Shown piece by piece: positions 51,380-64,000 of a stretch of 64,000 nucleotides of DNA. How positions within the stretch are numbered: position 1 is the stretch's first letter; each line of letters opens with the position of its first letter. This stretch comes from Chrysemys picta bellii (lineage: Eukaryota). Made by a program: the position numbers and the translations under genes. Under the pieces are notes generated by a model. The model was not told the origin of the DNA. It saw only the letters and a list, made by a program, of their open reading frames with translations, and ran no database searches. The DNA is taken from positions 47,554,001 through 47,618,000 of the forward strand of contig NC_088801.1 in assembly GCF_011386835.1 (NCBI RefSeq). Reading direction: 5' to 3'.

Positions 51380-52413
51380 CCAAAAGCAGATTGTCAAAGT
51401 GACGGTTTCCTTGTGAGTTGGGGAGAACACTAACGCAACTGTTTATATAGTGTTGAATCATTTCTGTGAAAAAGTTGGCATATATTAAGCCTTACTTTGC
51501 CTATGCCCTGAAGGGATTAATTATAATATGCTTCAAGGAAACAGGAGACTATATTTGCTAAAGTTATCGAAGACATCTTCCAAAAAGCAGGAAAGGGAGG
51601 CACACACAGAACAGAGGAAGTGGAAATGGCTTTTTATCCAGTTTTGTGACATTGAAATAAACAATCTGATTGAGTGGGATGGAAATAACTTACTTATTTT
51701 AACCCACCTGCTGGACAGAGTGGAAGGGCCTCAGAACTGCTGCTGGAAGTTGTTTTTATTTTAGAGTAATTTGTTCCATTGGCCAATAGGGGTTACTGCT
51801 GAGCAGAATTTCTTCCTGCCTGACTGCTGCTCTATCTTACCCCTTGCAGATTCATCTGTTTCCTTCTGTACTCTGCTGGACTGCATGGCAGAGTGAGAAG
51901 GCTGCCCAGAGAGCTGAGATCACTAGTGAGAGTCGTCCCCCCCCCCGCTTCCTTGGGTGAAAGGGAGAGGCAGAGAGACTATCCTGTGGACTTCCTGTGG
52001 AGCACAGGCAGAAAATCTCCCCAAGGCTTCCTCTGCTCTTCTGGTGGGACAGAAAGGCAAGACAGAGTCTCAGAGCTTCTCTCTGCTTCTTGGATAGGGA
52101 GGAAAAGCAGAGGGGCCCTTCCTGTGAGGGTTAGATGGGGAGGAGAGATGAGGCTAAGAGTTCCTCTCCCCTCAGATAGCAGGGGAGGAAAACCTCACCC
52201 TCCCAAGTCTCCTATGATGTGGAAAAGAGGCAGAGACAAACCCCTTTGAGACTTTTGGTGGGGAAAGTATAGTCCCCACTTTCCTCAGTGAGATGGAGGA
52301 AGAAAAAGTTCCTTCTGTGCCCACAGATGTGGAAGAGAAGAAAATCAGTTGCTTCCACTGTCACGCCTCTGGGGTATAACCTTTCCCCAGCCCCCAGGAT
52401 ATCAGTAACTCAT

Positions 52414-53249
52414 TTTGACAGATATGGCAATTTCCCCAACATCATTGAAAAATCGGACTGAATTAAATTTAAGTAGCTATGGAGTCGATTGTATTAAAAA
52501 TGCAAAGTTTATGCGTTATTGTGGAATTGTATGCAACTTCTATAAGGGAAGATGTGACCAGCGTAAACCCTGGGAAGTGTTATGATCTTCAAAGGACTAT
52601 TTGAAATAATTGTGCCAGATAAGAATGAACTTATGGGACAAATAAACATAGATGGAAATCCCAGGAAATCTCTACGGGGGAAGGGTATACTAGATTACCC
52701 ACTCTGGTTATGCAAGAACTCAGACTTAAGAAGCTTTGTCCTGAGGAGGGGACTTTTGTCTGCTGATTACTTGTTCCCAGAGTCTCAATATCAAAGACCA
52801 AACTGTATAAAGGAAGGACTCTCAGACTCATGGGTGCGCTTGTTCTGAGCGAACAGCTATTATAAACTTGTAATCACAGAAAACCCCTTGGTGAGGCTTG
52901 AAGTATTGATCATCTGCCAGCGTCTTTGTTGGAGTTAGGGTGATCTCTGGTAAGCTTATTAGCATGTGTTCTTTTATTTTTTAATATGTTTTCTCTCTAA
53001 AGCTTTCACCTTAAGAATAAATGTGCTTGCTTAGATAGATCTGCGTGGTAACTTCTAATTATAGGCAATTATGCTGTTTATAGCCTCTGACAGGCCTGTT
53101 TAGCTGTCTGACTTTCTGGGGAACTCACAGTGTAGGCAAGGAGCTGTACAGCCTGGAAAAACCTTGGTTATTAGAAAGAGAGTCTCTGCCTAAGAGGGTG
53201 ATGGTTGAGGAGCTGTGAGATGCAGGTGCAATTGCCATGAACTGTGACA
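52414..53249 (+). mobile_element. Solo LTR in sense orientation in ZNF804A intron 1
   Basis: T(T)TGACA...TGTGACA ends, TSD CTCAT / CTCAG (4/5), TATAAA at 52806 and AATAAA at 53016. Confidence 0.75.
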
Positions 53250-53844
53250 CTCAGGATCGGGATTTTAGGAGAGGATGATGTGGAAGTGGAAGAGAAAGAG
53301 AGAAGGAGCACAGAAAAAGGGGGAGGGAGAAAGAAAGAAAGGCAGCAGAAAAGAGGGAGTGATGGAGTAAACACTGAGAAGGGATGCAGGGAAAGTCAGA
53401 ACATGGAGAAAGGGGGTGGTAAGAAGGAACTAAGACAAGTCGGAGTGAAAGAAGAATGGATTTAATCAAACCAGAAACTATTATAAAAAATGAAATAGAA
53501 AAGGAAGCCCCAAGAGAATATGTACAGGGAAAGGTGAGGAGGGGGATGTGAAGAAAGGGATAGTGAAATGAAGAACATAACCAAAAAAGGCCTAATAAGT
53601 TGATTTTTAAATGCAAATATGTTAACATAAAACCTACAGTAATGTTTAGGGGTATGTGTATGTGATATATATGCGTAGGCATCTTTGTATATTTATACTC
53701 CTGAGTAATATATTAACATATTTGGAGCAATCTAGTTTTGGTGAATCTTAGCCCTATTTAGTCTTAATCTGTGCCACTTGCCATTGACATACATTGAAGG
53801 TAAGAGTTTGGTGGAAGAGGGACTCAAACTCATTGTCTGGCTAT

Positions 53845-54880
53845 ACCAAAAGAAGGACAGGAGACATTTGACATCGGTTTAATCAGGCTGCAACTTTATT
53901 ATTAGATGTCTGGGACTACCTGGCAGATAAAAGTGTACAATGCAGGTAACCCCATGTTTATTCCATAATTACCTGGGGTGTTTTTACCAGCTCCCCCTCT
54001 TTTTCCATTCAAGTCCCTCCAGCACATCCATTGCTGGGACCTTACCATCCACCCTCCCTCCTTGTTGGAGGGTTCAGGTGGGCTATAATAGTGGGGATTG
54101 GCTCCCTGCCTTACCAATCATAGGAGTCCCCAGCTGCCCTCTGTTTGCTCCTTTACTGAACACCTCTTTTTAAGTCCTTTTCCAAGCCATTTATCTAGTC
54201 ACGGTATTCTTTTCCTATAGAGTACCAGCGCTGGAAATCCGCCACAGGGAGGCGCCAGCCATTAACTTGGTTGCCTCATCCCCAAACCCAGTCAGGTTCC
54301 AGACATCTCCTAATGCTGCCTTTTAAATCAGTCAAAAACTTGACAGCATCTAAGTCTGAAGGGTGAACCCCATTCTCCCGAAACAATTCTGGTGCCCCAT
54401 ATACTATGCCAGGATGTGAAATTACTGCCCCTCCTAGGGTCCCAAGGAATTTTGGCCACCTCCCTGTTCACATACCTCCTTGCCTTGTCCACCGTGGGGA
54501 TGGCAGATCCTGTGCGGAAGCATGTCTGACCAAACAATGTTAACTCCTAGGAAAATTTCAAGGATCAGCCTCAAGTCCCTCCTTGCTCTGAGCATTAGTT
54601 CCACCCCTTTAAGCATTCCCAAATCGTTTTCCCCACAATTGTGGTCAGTGTACCACAATTATATCTGGTGGCCGCTGACTGGCCCGCCTCAGCCTACTCC
54701 ATTCAAAGGGAGGGTTAAGGCACAGGGCTGCCCCTTTTAAGCCCCTCATTCCCAGGGCATGAGTCAGCAACCACGCTGACCCTTTTGCAGCAGCTTTCAC
54801 TTCCTCCCCCCCAGCATTATAAAGCACAGTTCCCTTCATTTGGCCATCCAGCCGAATTACCTCTCCCCCACCACTTAAAG
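53845..54880 (-). mobile_element. Ngaro-like (YR retrotransposon) remnant encoding an SGNH hydrolase, antisense in intron 1
   Basis: Frameshifted minus-strand reading PPDIIVVH / GENDLG (54617-54634) / IVWSDML / VDKARRYVNREVAK / ISHPGI / LFRENGVHP (54360-54386). The 3' end carries AATAAAGTTGCAGCCTGATT. Confidence 0.7.
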
Positions 54881-55616
54881 AGACAGAGTGGTCATTCTTT
54901 GGATCATAGCCTCTAAAATCCTAAAATTGCCTCAGATTGTTAATATAGCAAGTTAATTGAAAAAGGCTGGGGAGGGAGTCTCTGGACTTTTTGTTAGAGT
55001 TTATCCTTCTACACATCCTACCATCTGAAGTATTTGTTTTGGGACTATGTAGAATCTCTTTTTGATATTTATTCTACTATCCATTATGTTATAAACCTGT
55101 TCAAAGGACTTAAACAGTAGTTAATTTTGAGGTGGACGAGGAGAATTAATTGGTTGCTCTTTGCTGTTTGTGGAGCACAGGAGCTATTTGAAGAGACAAA
55201 TTTAAAAATGAAGAAAACCATACCTGTGAATGTAATTAATCGAGGAAAAAAATGTCTGTTTTGGGCCACTAAAGTTTCTTGTTATAAAACAGTTAGTTGT
55301 GTTTTGAAAGAACCAAAATTTGTGTCCTAATGAACTTGCTCCATTGACCATTCCACCTGAGAAAAGTGTGCTCTACAAAACACAGAAACATGATACATTC
55401 ATACAAGGAAAACATTTCAGATGCACCTTAAAATATATTCTTTAATCTTTCAGATGGTTTTGCAAATTTGTCTTCCTATACGTATTTACTCATTACTCAA
55501 GTGATTTGTTTAAAACAAGGGCTTAATATTTTATTCCCATTTTTTCCTCTTTTTAATCTTTGAATGAAGTCCTAATGTTAAATCACAATTATATTACTAA
55601 AATAGACTAATGTCCT

Positions 55617-56555
55617 AATCATAGAATCATAGAAGATTAGAGTTGGAAGAGACCTCAGGAGGTCATCTAGTCCAAATCCCTGCACAAGGCAGGACCAACC
55701 CCAACTAAATCATCCAGCCAGGGCTTTGTCAAGCCGGGGCTTAAAAACCTCTAAAGATGGCGATTCCACCACCTCCCTAAGTAACCCATTCAATACTTCA
55801 TCACCCTCCTAGTAAAACAGTTTTTTCCAATATCCAACCTAGAACTCCCCCACTGCAACATGAGACCATTGCTCCTTGTTCTGTCATTTGCCACTACTGG
55901 GAACAGCCGAGCTCCATCCTCTTTTGACCCCCCCCCCCTTCAGGTAGTTGAAGGCTGCTATCAAATCCCCCCCTCACTCTTCTCTTCTGCAGACTAAATA
56001 AGCCCAGTTCCCTCAGCCTCTCCTCATAAGTCATGTGCCCCAGCCCCCTAATCATTTTTGTTGCCCTCGGCTGGACTCTCTCCAATTTGTCCACATCCTT
56101 TCTATAGTGGGGGGACCAAAACTGGATTCAATACTCCAGATGTGGCCTCACCAGTGCTGAATAGAGGGGAATAATCACTTCTCTCGATCTGCTGGCAATG
56201 CTCCTACTAATGTAGCCCAATATGCCGCTAGCCTTCTTGGCAACAAGGGCACGCTGTTGATTCATATCCAGCTTCGCGTCCACTATAATCCCCAGGTCCT
56301 TTTCTGCTGAACTGCTGCTTAGCCAGTCGGTTCCCAGCCTGTAGCAGTGCATGGGATTCTTCCATCCTAAGTGCAGGACTTTGCACTTATCTTTGCTGAA
56401 CCTCATCAGATTTCTTTTGGCCTAATCCTCTCATTTGTCTAGGTCACTCTGGACCCTATCCCTACCCTCCAGCATATCTACCTCTCCCCCCAGTTTAGTG
56501 TCATCCGCAAACTTGCTGAGGGTGCAATCCATCCCATCATCCACATCATTAATGA
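55617..56555 (-). mobile_element. CR1 LINE 3' fragment, antisense in intron 1
   Basis: A (CATAGAAT)n tail at 55617-55634 and MRFSKDKCKVLHLG...RPHLEY...[11 protein letters not shown]. Confidence 0.95.
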
Positions 56556-58797
56556 TCACAAGAGTCTGATTTCATTCAAGGAGAGGAGAAGCTGGGTTAT
56601 GAAAACTCATATTAAAACACAAATAGAAAACAGAAAAATACTAGCTTTTTTTTCTCCCTCTCGAGATGGCTCCAGAATATCAATCCAACTTTAACAGTCA
56701 AAGCCCATCTTTTTTAAACAACAGGTCTGACTTTGATATAACTCATTTTTATGTCAACACTTTTATATAAAAATGATAATTAAAGCAGACATCCTTTGTT
56801 TGGTCATCTGTTCCATATTATTACCATTCATTATGTATATAATAATATTTATTTTAAATAAGTCCAAAGAAACTTTCTGCTGCCCTCTCTTCAATTTTAA
56901 TTCATGATCTTTTTGTTTTTTAGATAACTGTAGGTTGATTCTGCAATCACTTGCCACCATCAGTGACTTTGATGGAATTTCCCCCAGTAATTATTGTTTG
57001 CAGGATGGGGTCTGAATTTAGAACCAATTGTAACATCACGGAAGTCCAGTAAAAGTATTTTCATTGACTTTAATGATATTTGGATTGGGACCTAATAACA
57101 AATTTGCTACAAACTGTTCACTTTCTTTTTGGATCTTCTAAACTTTCACACAATCACCATTTAGTAACCTCTTTGCATGTTCTAGAAGTCAGGTCTAACT
57201 AATCTATCTTCACAATTCATATTCCCAAACCATGGCTGCTCTCTTGCAACTTTTTAATCTCATCAGGGGTTGACAAGTTGTGTGAAGGGATACCTATCTG
57301 GACAAATAATCAGTTGTTTGGAGTTATGGACAGGTTGATTTGTTAAGCCCTCTCAGAAATGTCCTTCAGAATTGCAAACAATATTTTAAGGGATTTATTC
57401 TAGTTACACATGCAATTCCCTACTAGATCAGCAGGAAAATTGACCTTTAAAAGTGGTCCTCTAAGTAGCTGGTCTGCTGATTTACAATTGGAGGGCTAGA
57501 TCCTCAGCTGATGTAAATCATTTGAGCTCAGTTCATTACAGTAAAGCTAAGATGATTTATAGCACCAGTCTAAGAGTTCATTAGTCTTTTGTTTTATTTT
57601 TACTGTTATGAGATATTTTGCATTATTTTCTAAGTTTGGAATGACCATCTGTAAGGGCCTTTCCTAATTCCAGTGAAGTCAATGGCAGAAGTCACTGGCC
57701 CAGATCTTCAGCTAGTATAAATTGCTACTCCAATTTATGCCATTTGAGAATCTGGCTCATTCACTTCAGTAGGAAATGGATTGAGTCCTAAAGTCAAAAG
57801 TTTCATGGCTTAGGCATGTAAATAAGTGATCATATTTTCAAAGATACGTAACACATGCGGCTTTCATTAAGGATGGACAACTTATTTAAATACTTTAATA
57901 TGTATTTGAGTGTCACTCAGTTATGAAAATTTTGGCTTAAGTGTTGACTACAGCTTAGCTTCTGTGATTATTTTGATCTCTCATACCAATAAGTATCTTG
58001 CACATCTTTAAATGTCTGTCTGTTTACTGAACAAGTCTGTTCTGAATTTAAAAAAATAAACTAAATTGTAAGTCTCCAATTCCCAGGGTCTATTGATGTT
58101 TTTATAAAAACTCCATGGGGTTGAAAATAATGATATACTAGTGCATTCTGAAAATGCCATCTGTTGCTCAGGCTGTTTGTTGTCTTTGTCTCTTCTACAT
58201 TTTTAGAATATTGCTGTTCATAGCTCAGCTAAAGTAAATATGTTGTGGTGGACATGAAAACCTATTTTATGATCAATTTTATTACAAATATTTTCAGTTC
58301 AGTGCATTTAAAAAGTGATTTTTAAAATCACAGTAGAGTAATGGAGTTCGCATAGTTCAACAAATAGCCATGTAAGTGACAAATTTGTTGGAAATGTATT
58401 TGAAGCCTCTGCATGCATGTATAATACAAACAAGTAACTAAATGTGTCATACATTTGTGTTAATTATTAAAGAAAAAATCCTGCTTGCCATACAGTATAG
58501 ATTCAGTTGTTGAAAATAAAATAAAATTAAATAATTAAAAAGTTCACAAAATTTGTGTTCTCTGTCATTCTCTACTATAACTAAATATATTATAATCTAT
58601 ATTTCATATCCTACATTTTGTTATTATTTATTCTAATAACCCATTTCAATTATTAGAGCAAAATAACAGTCAAAGCTACCTATAGGCTGAATCCTTCAAA
58701 CATTTACTGCTGGCTACTTTACTACCATAAGTAGCCCCATTGTCTTCAAAATCAGACACTTGCTTCAGGTTGGAGAATCATGTATACTGACTAGCTA

Positions 58798-58910
58798 AAG
58801 CCTCAGTCTAGCAAAGTACTTAAGCATAAGCTTAAGTCCCGGTGACTTCAGTTAGACTATTCAGATGCTTAAAGTTACCCACTCACTTAAGTGCTTTGCT
58901 GAATCAGGCC
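58798..58910. mobile_element. Palindromic Harbinger-type MITE (further degenerate copies at ~14400, 24760, 40915, 57000, 57650, 60395 and 62215)
   Basis: AGCAAAGTACTTAAG...CTTAAGTGCTTTGCT inverted arms. Confidence 0.55.
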
Positions 58911-61900
58911 ATACTCTTTGTTATATTTACCATTGTCTTTTATGAAACACTTCATGATAGTAAATACTACATCTTTAGTGCACATCTGAAGAACTGGGTC
59001 TTTGATCTGTAGCATGAGTGGATTTTATAATTGCTTAACAAGAATTTTACAGAATTTGATATATCATATGACTTTCAAATTGACAACGTCAAGTTGGATG
59101 TTTAAACCTGCATTCTTCTGTTGTTTCTAATCTATTGCTTACATCATCTGGACTTTTTAATACCATTTAGTATTTCAATATGCTTAGGTAATCTGGGTTT
59201 AAAAAAATTCAAATCTCATCTATATGACAGTTGGTGTGAATGTGCTAACTCAATAAAGTATTAAAACGATGCAAAAATATAATTATCCTACTCAGTTCAG
59301 CTCTAATAGCTAATCACACTTACATGTACAATAATTGTAGGAAACCAGTCAGTCATTAAAGAAACAGAATGTTTTTATAAAATGAAAATAACAGTTAAGA
59401 TCTAAAACTTGTTCTTGTCTATTTTTAGAATGCTGCCTAAAATCTTTGATAGGAATTTTAGTTATGTGTAATATGTTTTAATGATGTTCATAAATTTTAT
59501 TTAAAAAGGGCATTTTGAAACTCTTCTAATCCACAGGAGGGTTATAGTATTTTGACTGCACAGGAGGCTGTTTTACTGTGAAACCAATACATTTCTGAAG
59601 CAACTTGTAGGGATCGCAAGTCTCATGCTGTGATTATAAAGGGCATTTCACTGTTTATTTAATCTTGGGACTTTTCTAAACTAAGACTATTGCATTTGCT
59701 CACCTCCAAATTTATCAGTGAAAAAACGTTTCTTAACCATGCCAATTACTTTTGCTATTAAATGCTTAACTTTTAAAAAATTTTAAAATCTGCATTTACG
59801 TATATGTCAGACTATGCAACCAGTGCATGAAGCCTGAAATACCTAGGGATTGATTGTCACTTGTGCCAGCTTTATACCAGTGTAATTCTACTGACCTTGG
59901 TAGTTATTTCTAATTAGGCCTAAATATTGGAAAAACTTAACTTTAAACACATAATCCTGTTGAACTCAATGAGACTGCTGACCCAGTTAATTTAAGCAGG
60001 TGTGTAAATTACTGCAAGATTAGAACCATATGCTGTAAATGAGAAGAGAATCAGGGCCTTGATTTTTCTAATGTAAATATCAGTTGCGATCTCTCAAGGT
60101 CGATGTGATATGATATCTTTAACATAACATTCAAAACTAATGTTTATCGGACTAACTTGAAGATGGTAAATATGATGAAGAATATGTAACTACTTAATGA
60201 CATTCAAAATTAGCTATATCCCGAATTCAGCAGATTTCTGAAGCAGTTTTATTTTGCTAAGCTTTCTCAATATCCACAGTTAGTCCAGATTGTACTTCTG
60301 ATATTCTTAATTTTCCTCTAAATTGGTGGAACATTCCAATTGTATGAGAATGTCTATCGTTGTTGCAATTGAATAATTAATATTTACTAGTCTAAGGGCC
60401 TGATCCAAAGCATGTTAAAGTCCATGCAAGTCTGTTAACTTATCTCAGTGGACTTTGGAAAGTGTAAGAAATAAATGTAATATCCCTGGTTGTACTAAGT
60501 GCTGACCACTGGTAAATGCTGACTTTTTTAATGTCAATCACTGGCTGTGTACACATATACACACACATATATGAGCATTCTATAAAAATCAGAATGATTT
60601 ATCATCAATGGTACGTGTATTAATTGTATATCATTGTATAAGAAGGTTCTCTTATTTGTAGTATAGATTTTGGAATTGGCTTTGCAAAAAAATAAGAGTA
60701 TCATAGTTTCTCATTTGTGAAATGCTGACTCATCACTGAGAGCGTGGTCGGTTTTGACATTTGAGTCAAATGCAAAGATGGGGGAAACATAAGGATGTAT
60801 CCATATAACAGCTAGCATGTATCCATTTGTGGACTACTACTACAGGTAACTTTTAGTCACCATTTATATGTTTTCCCTGGAACAGTTTAATGATGGCAGA
60901 GCAGACAACTGACAGGCTGTTATATGGTGAGTTGTAACTTAATTGATGTTGTGTCAATAAAACATTGTCACTGGCTGCAAAAAACAAAAACAAAACAAAT
61001 AAATAAACAAAAACACATCCCGGTCCTCCGTAAAGCTGTTTCTCAATCCAGCTGAGAAAAATTCTGAGATGACCCGGAACGTGTGAAAGTTGAGAGGCTG
61101 GAGGCTTGAATTACTATTATTGAGTTACTTATGTTTTTAATTATTTTCAACTTCAACTACTTCTTTTACATTTTGTTAAAATGTGTTTACAGCTGTAACA
61201 GACCCAAATTCTTTGTGAACCAGCCATTGTTCAGTAATATATACTGAACAATGAGTTTCATTTTCCCCCTGGCCACAGAAATCTTGTTCTGAGCATCTGA
61301 GACTCACAGCACTTCATCTCTCAGATGAACCCCAATTTTTGTATCATTTAGCTCAGGTTTTAGAAGCTCATGTTTTAGGCATGGCGATCCCTTGTTCAAA
61401 CCTGGTATTGAACAAAATGATGGTCATACAGAGACAATCCCTTGGCAAAGGGAGACTGCTTGGCAGGGAATTGTGAGTCTTGAGCCTCTTCTTTAGTTAG
61501 GTTCTCGCTGGCCTACAGTGGGTTTGGGCCAATTGCTGTTCAGTTTAACACTGTTAAAGAACTGATTAGGAACCCGACTTACCCAACTGATCCAATCCTG
61601 AGAAATGTTTAGGTTCACTATGGGGGACTGACAGAGATTTCTTATTCTCTCCAACCCATTTATCTATCACTATTTTTTGGATGTACAGGCAATTTATCAT
61701 GAAAAAGCCCTTCCAAATCATGGATTGTTATATTTGGGGGAGGTGGCATGTCTAAGATCCATTTAAGATTGTAAGATTGTACTGTTCATAGCTGTCCAAA
61801 GAGTTCAATTCTAAATAAGCAGACATATATTTATTTGCATGTCAGAATGTAATGGCTCCTTTGGATATGTGTTGAATAATATGTAGTTCTGAAATTATGA

Positions 61901-64000
61901 AAATACTTTATTTTTTTACATAATAGACCATGAAAATACCCACTATGGCTTATGTCCGCTGTTGTGCATTTTCATAAACATAACTTTGCCATCAACTGAA
62001 AATAATTGCAAACTTGTACAAACTGGAAGAATTTATACCACAGGCCCTGAAGACCTCAAAACGTATTTATTTTATACAAAAACTACAAAATCCCACAGGC
62101 CCTTGGTTGGGGAGATATAACATTTTGCAGCTGATGATGCTTGCTTGTTTGTAAGTTTTACAAACAAGAAGTTCTAGTAATGAAAGGAACCACAAAATAT
62201 ATCGTAAAGCAACATTTAGGGTCAGATTTTTTTAATCTGTGATGTGGCTGGGTTATGTCTCCAATAGATGTGCATACAAAGCATTCTGACACTCATTTGC
62301 ATGTGCAATTCTGCATATTGTTGGATCTGCAGCATAGCTGCCTATGTTTGAAAATTTAGATCTTTAAATTTAAACTTTACTAAGTAAAAGAACAGAAAGG
62401 TCTAGTTAAGCTTTCATCTATACCCTTATCTCATATTTTTACCTAGGTATAGATGGTCAATGGTAAACGTTCCAGTACCCAGACTTAATGGGCTTGATTA
62501 GGAGTTATATGTGGAAAGTGAGCACTGCATCTGCAATTCCAGAGTTAATTCTGGTGTCACTGATTCTTCAGTAGTTTTTATACCAGCAGTGCACAAATAC
62601 AGATAGGAGCTCCTGTGGGTAATAATTGGAACCAAAGGTTCCTTGTAGCCACACCCACATTAGTCTGTTCCCTTGTCTCTGCCCCAGTGGTGACACACAG
62701 ATGCACTGTTATCCCTGAAATGATTGTCCTGTCACTATTGCTTGGGGAATTTGAAGAGTACAACAAGGGTAAAAAAGCTCCCAGTTGGGTATATGTGAAA
62801 ACAGTCAAAAGGCGGGCTTAAGACAAATGCTTAGCAAGGCCTCAATTCTGCAGTTAGCTCCTATATCCAAATGGAGGCCCATTGATTTTAGTGCGCTTCC
62901 TGGAGCAGGGAGTTGGCTGAGCAAAGCTCAATACACTATCAGGGTCTAAATCTATAAAGGAAAATGCCTCTCTGAAAAAACCTCTGACTTCTGTGCCATA
63001 GTCACTGTAAAATTCCCAAAGCCCACACCAGTGGAATTCCCACATAATTGCCTACAAAATGACCCTGGTAGTCGCCTCACAACCACTAGCTTCATACAGT
63101 GTCTCCACTTTACAAGCCTATAAGCTTTTCAGGTGCTCTGCTGTTTTTTCTCCTGTATCTCCTGTTTGCACAAGTCTATTCCCATGCAAATATGTTCTGT
63201 GAGGTGATCCTCTGTTACACAAAGGCAAACAGATTGCAATTTCCATGGTCTAACATTAAAAGGCATCAGAAAGAAGGCAGCATAAAGGAGATGTGTCTCG
63301 CTAGAGGATATCAGTAGACGGACAGTCATGGAGCATGGCATTATTAGATTCAGTTACTGAGCTGAGAGCCAATGCACAGCTTGGCATTTAGGTTTAGCCT
63401 CCTGGCTGTTGTAGTTTATGCAGGCCACTTATACCAACTTTATTTAGGCACTAGCTGGCGAATAAGTGCAGTGTAATTTTTGCTAACAATATGCCTTTCT
63501 GGATCAGCCATGTCACTTAGAGAGCTTACACCTGAACTCACAGAGCCAGTTTGTGAAACTGCAAATTATTGTGCACAAGAGGAGAATCTCTTCAAACATA
63601 TAGAAGGGTGCCTTTTGCTAGTGGTAAGGTTTAAAAGTAATTTTACACAGGTACAGTTGGCTCTGTATGGTGCAACACAGTGGATAATCAAATCCACTGT
63701 GGATGAATATCTCACTAGCTCAGGATATTCTTGCTCTTGTAGCTAAATTAGATCTTCTGTAGTTTAACAACTGCAGTCAAAATTCCTAAATAGTCAGATC
63801 TTCTCTTATGAAGAATTATTTTTTAATTATTTTTTGTTTGTTTGCTTGTTTCTAAGCGATTTAGTGGTCATGACAAGTACCAGACTGACAGCCCTGGAGA
63901 CCTGTCTTTTATTCACAGAACCAGTACAGCAAAGATAGCCAAAGTACAAGTGCCTCCACCTGATCTCGAGGGACTACTTCTAAGGGTGAGAAAGTTAGTG

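Noticed and set aside
53255-53560. Purine-rich tract giving a Glu/Lys-rich ORF (similar tract at 41540-41780)
   Set aside because: Low-complexity sequence with no splice or domain support.
61345-61410. tRNA-like A and B boxes (TAGCTCAGG, GTTCAAACC)
   Set aside because: No cloverleaf can be formed; at most this is an old SINE head, not a tRNA gene.

Overview
Vertebrate genomic DNA, most likely turtle (inferred from the CR1, DIRS, hAT and Harbinger MITE repertoire). About 46 kb of repeat-rich upstream gene desert precedes the CpG-island promoter and first coding exon of ZNF804A (+ strand, CDS 48490-48600, [39 protein letters not shown] donor at 48601). About 15 kb of intron 1 follows, and exon 2 is not in the window. 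Main elements: a young 5'-truncated CR1 with an almost intact ORF2 (2481-5254); a decayed DIRS1 retrotransposon with both ITRs and the ICR (20069-24240); an Ngaro-like SGNH-hydrolase remnant (53845-54880); solo LTRs; and many hAT, Harbinger and Tc1/mariner MITEs with readable TSDs. The most unusual structure is an array about 3 kb upstream of the ZNF804A ATG (45341-45600): four 41-43 bp palindromic repeats separated by 28-31 bp spacers, with a ~72 bp period. Other notable items are fossil hammerhead ribozymes, an apparently composite hAT transposon, an 82-bp TG..CA palindromic element with a 4-bp TSD, a perfect 22-bp hairpin, a 74-bp dispersed near-identical copy, and out-of-frame uATGs overlapping the ZNF804A start. 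Family names come from recalled consensus features, not database searches, and boundaries without TSDs are approximate.
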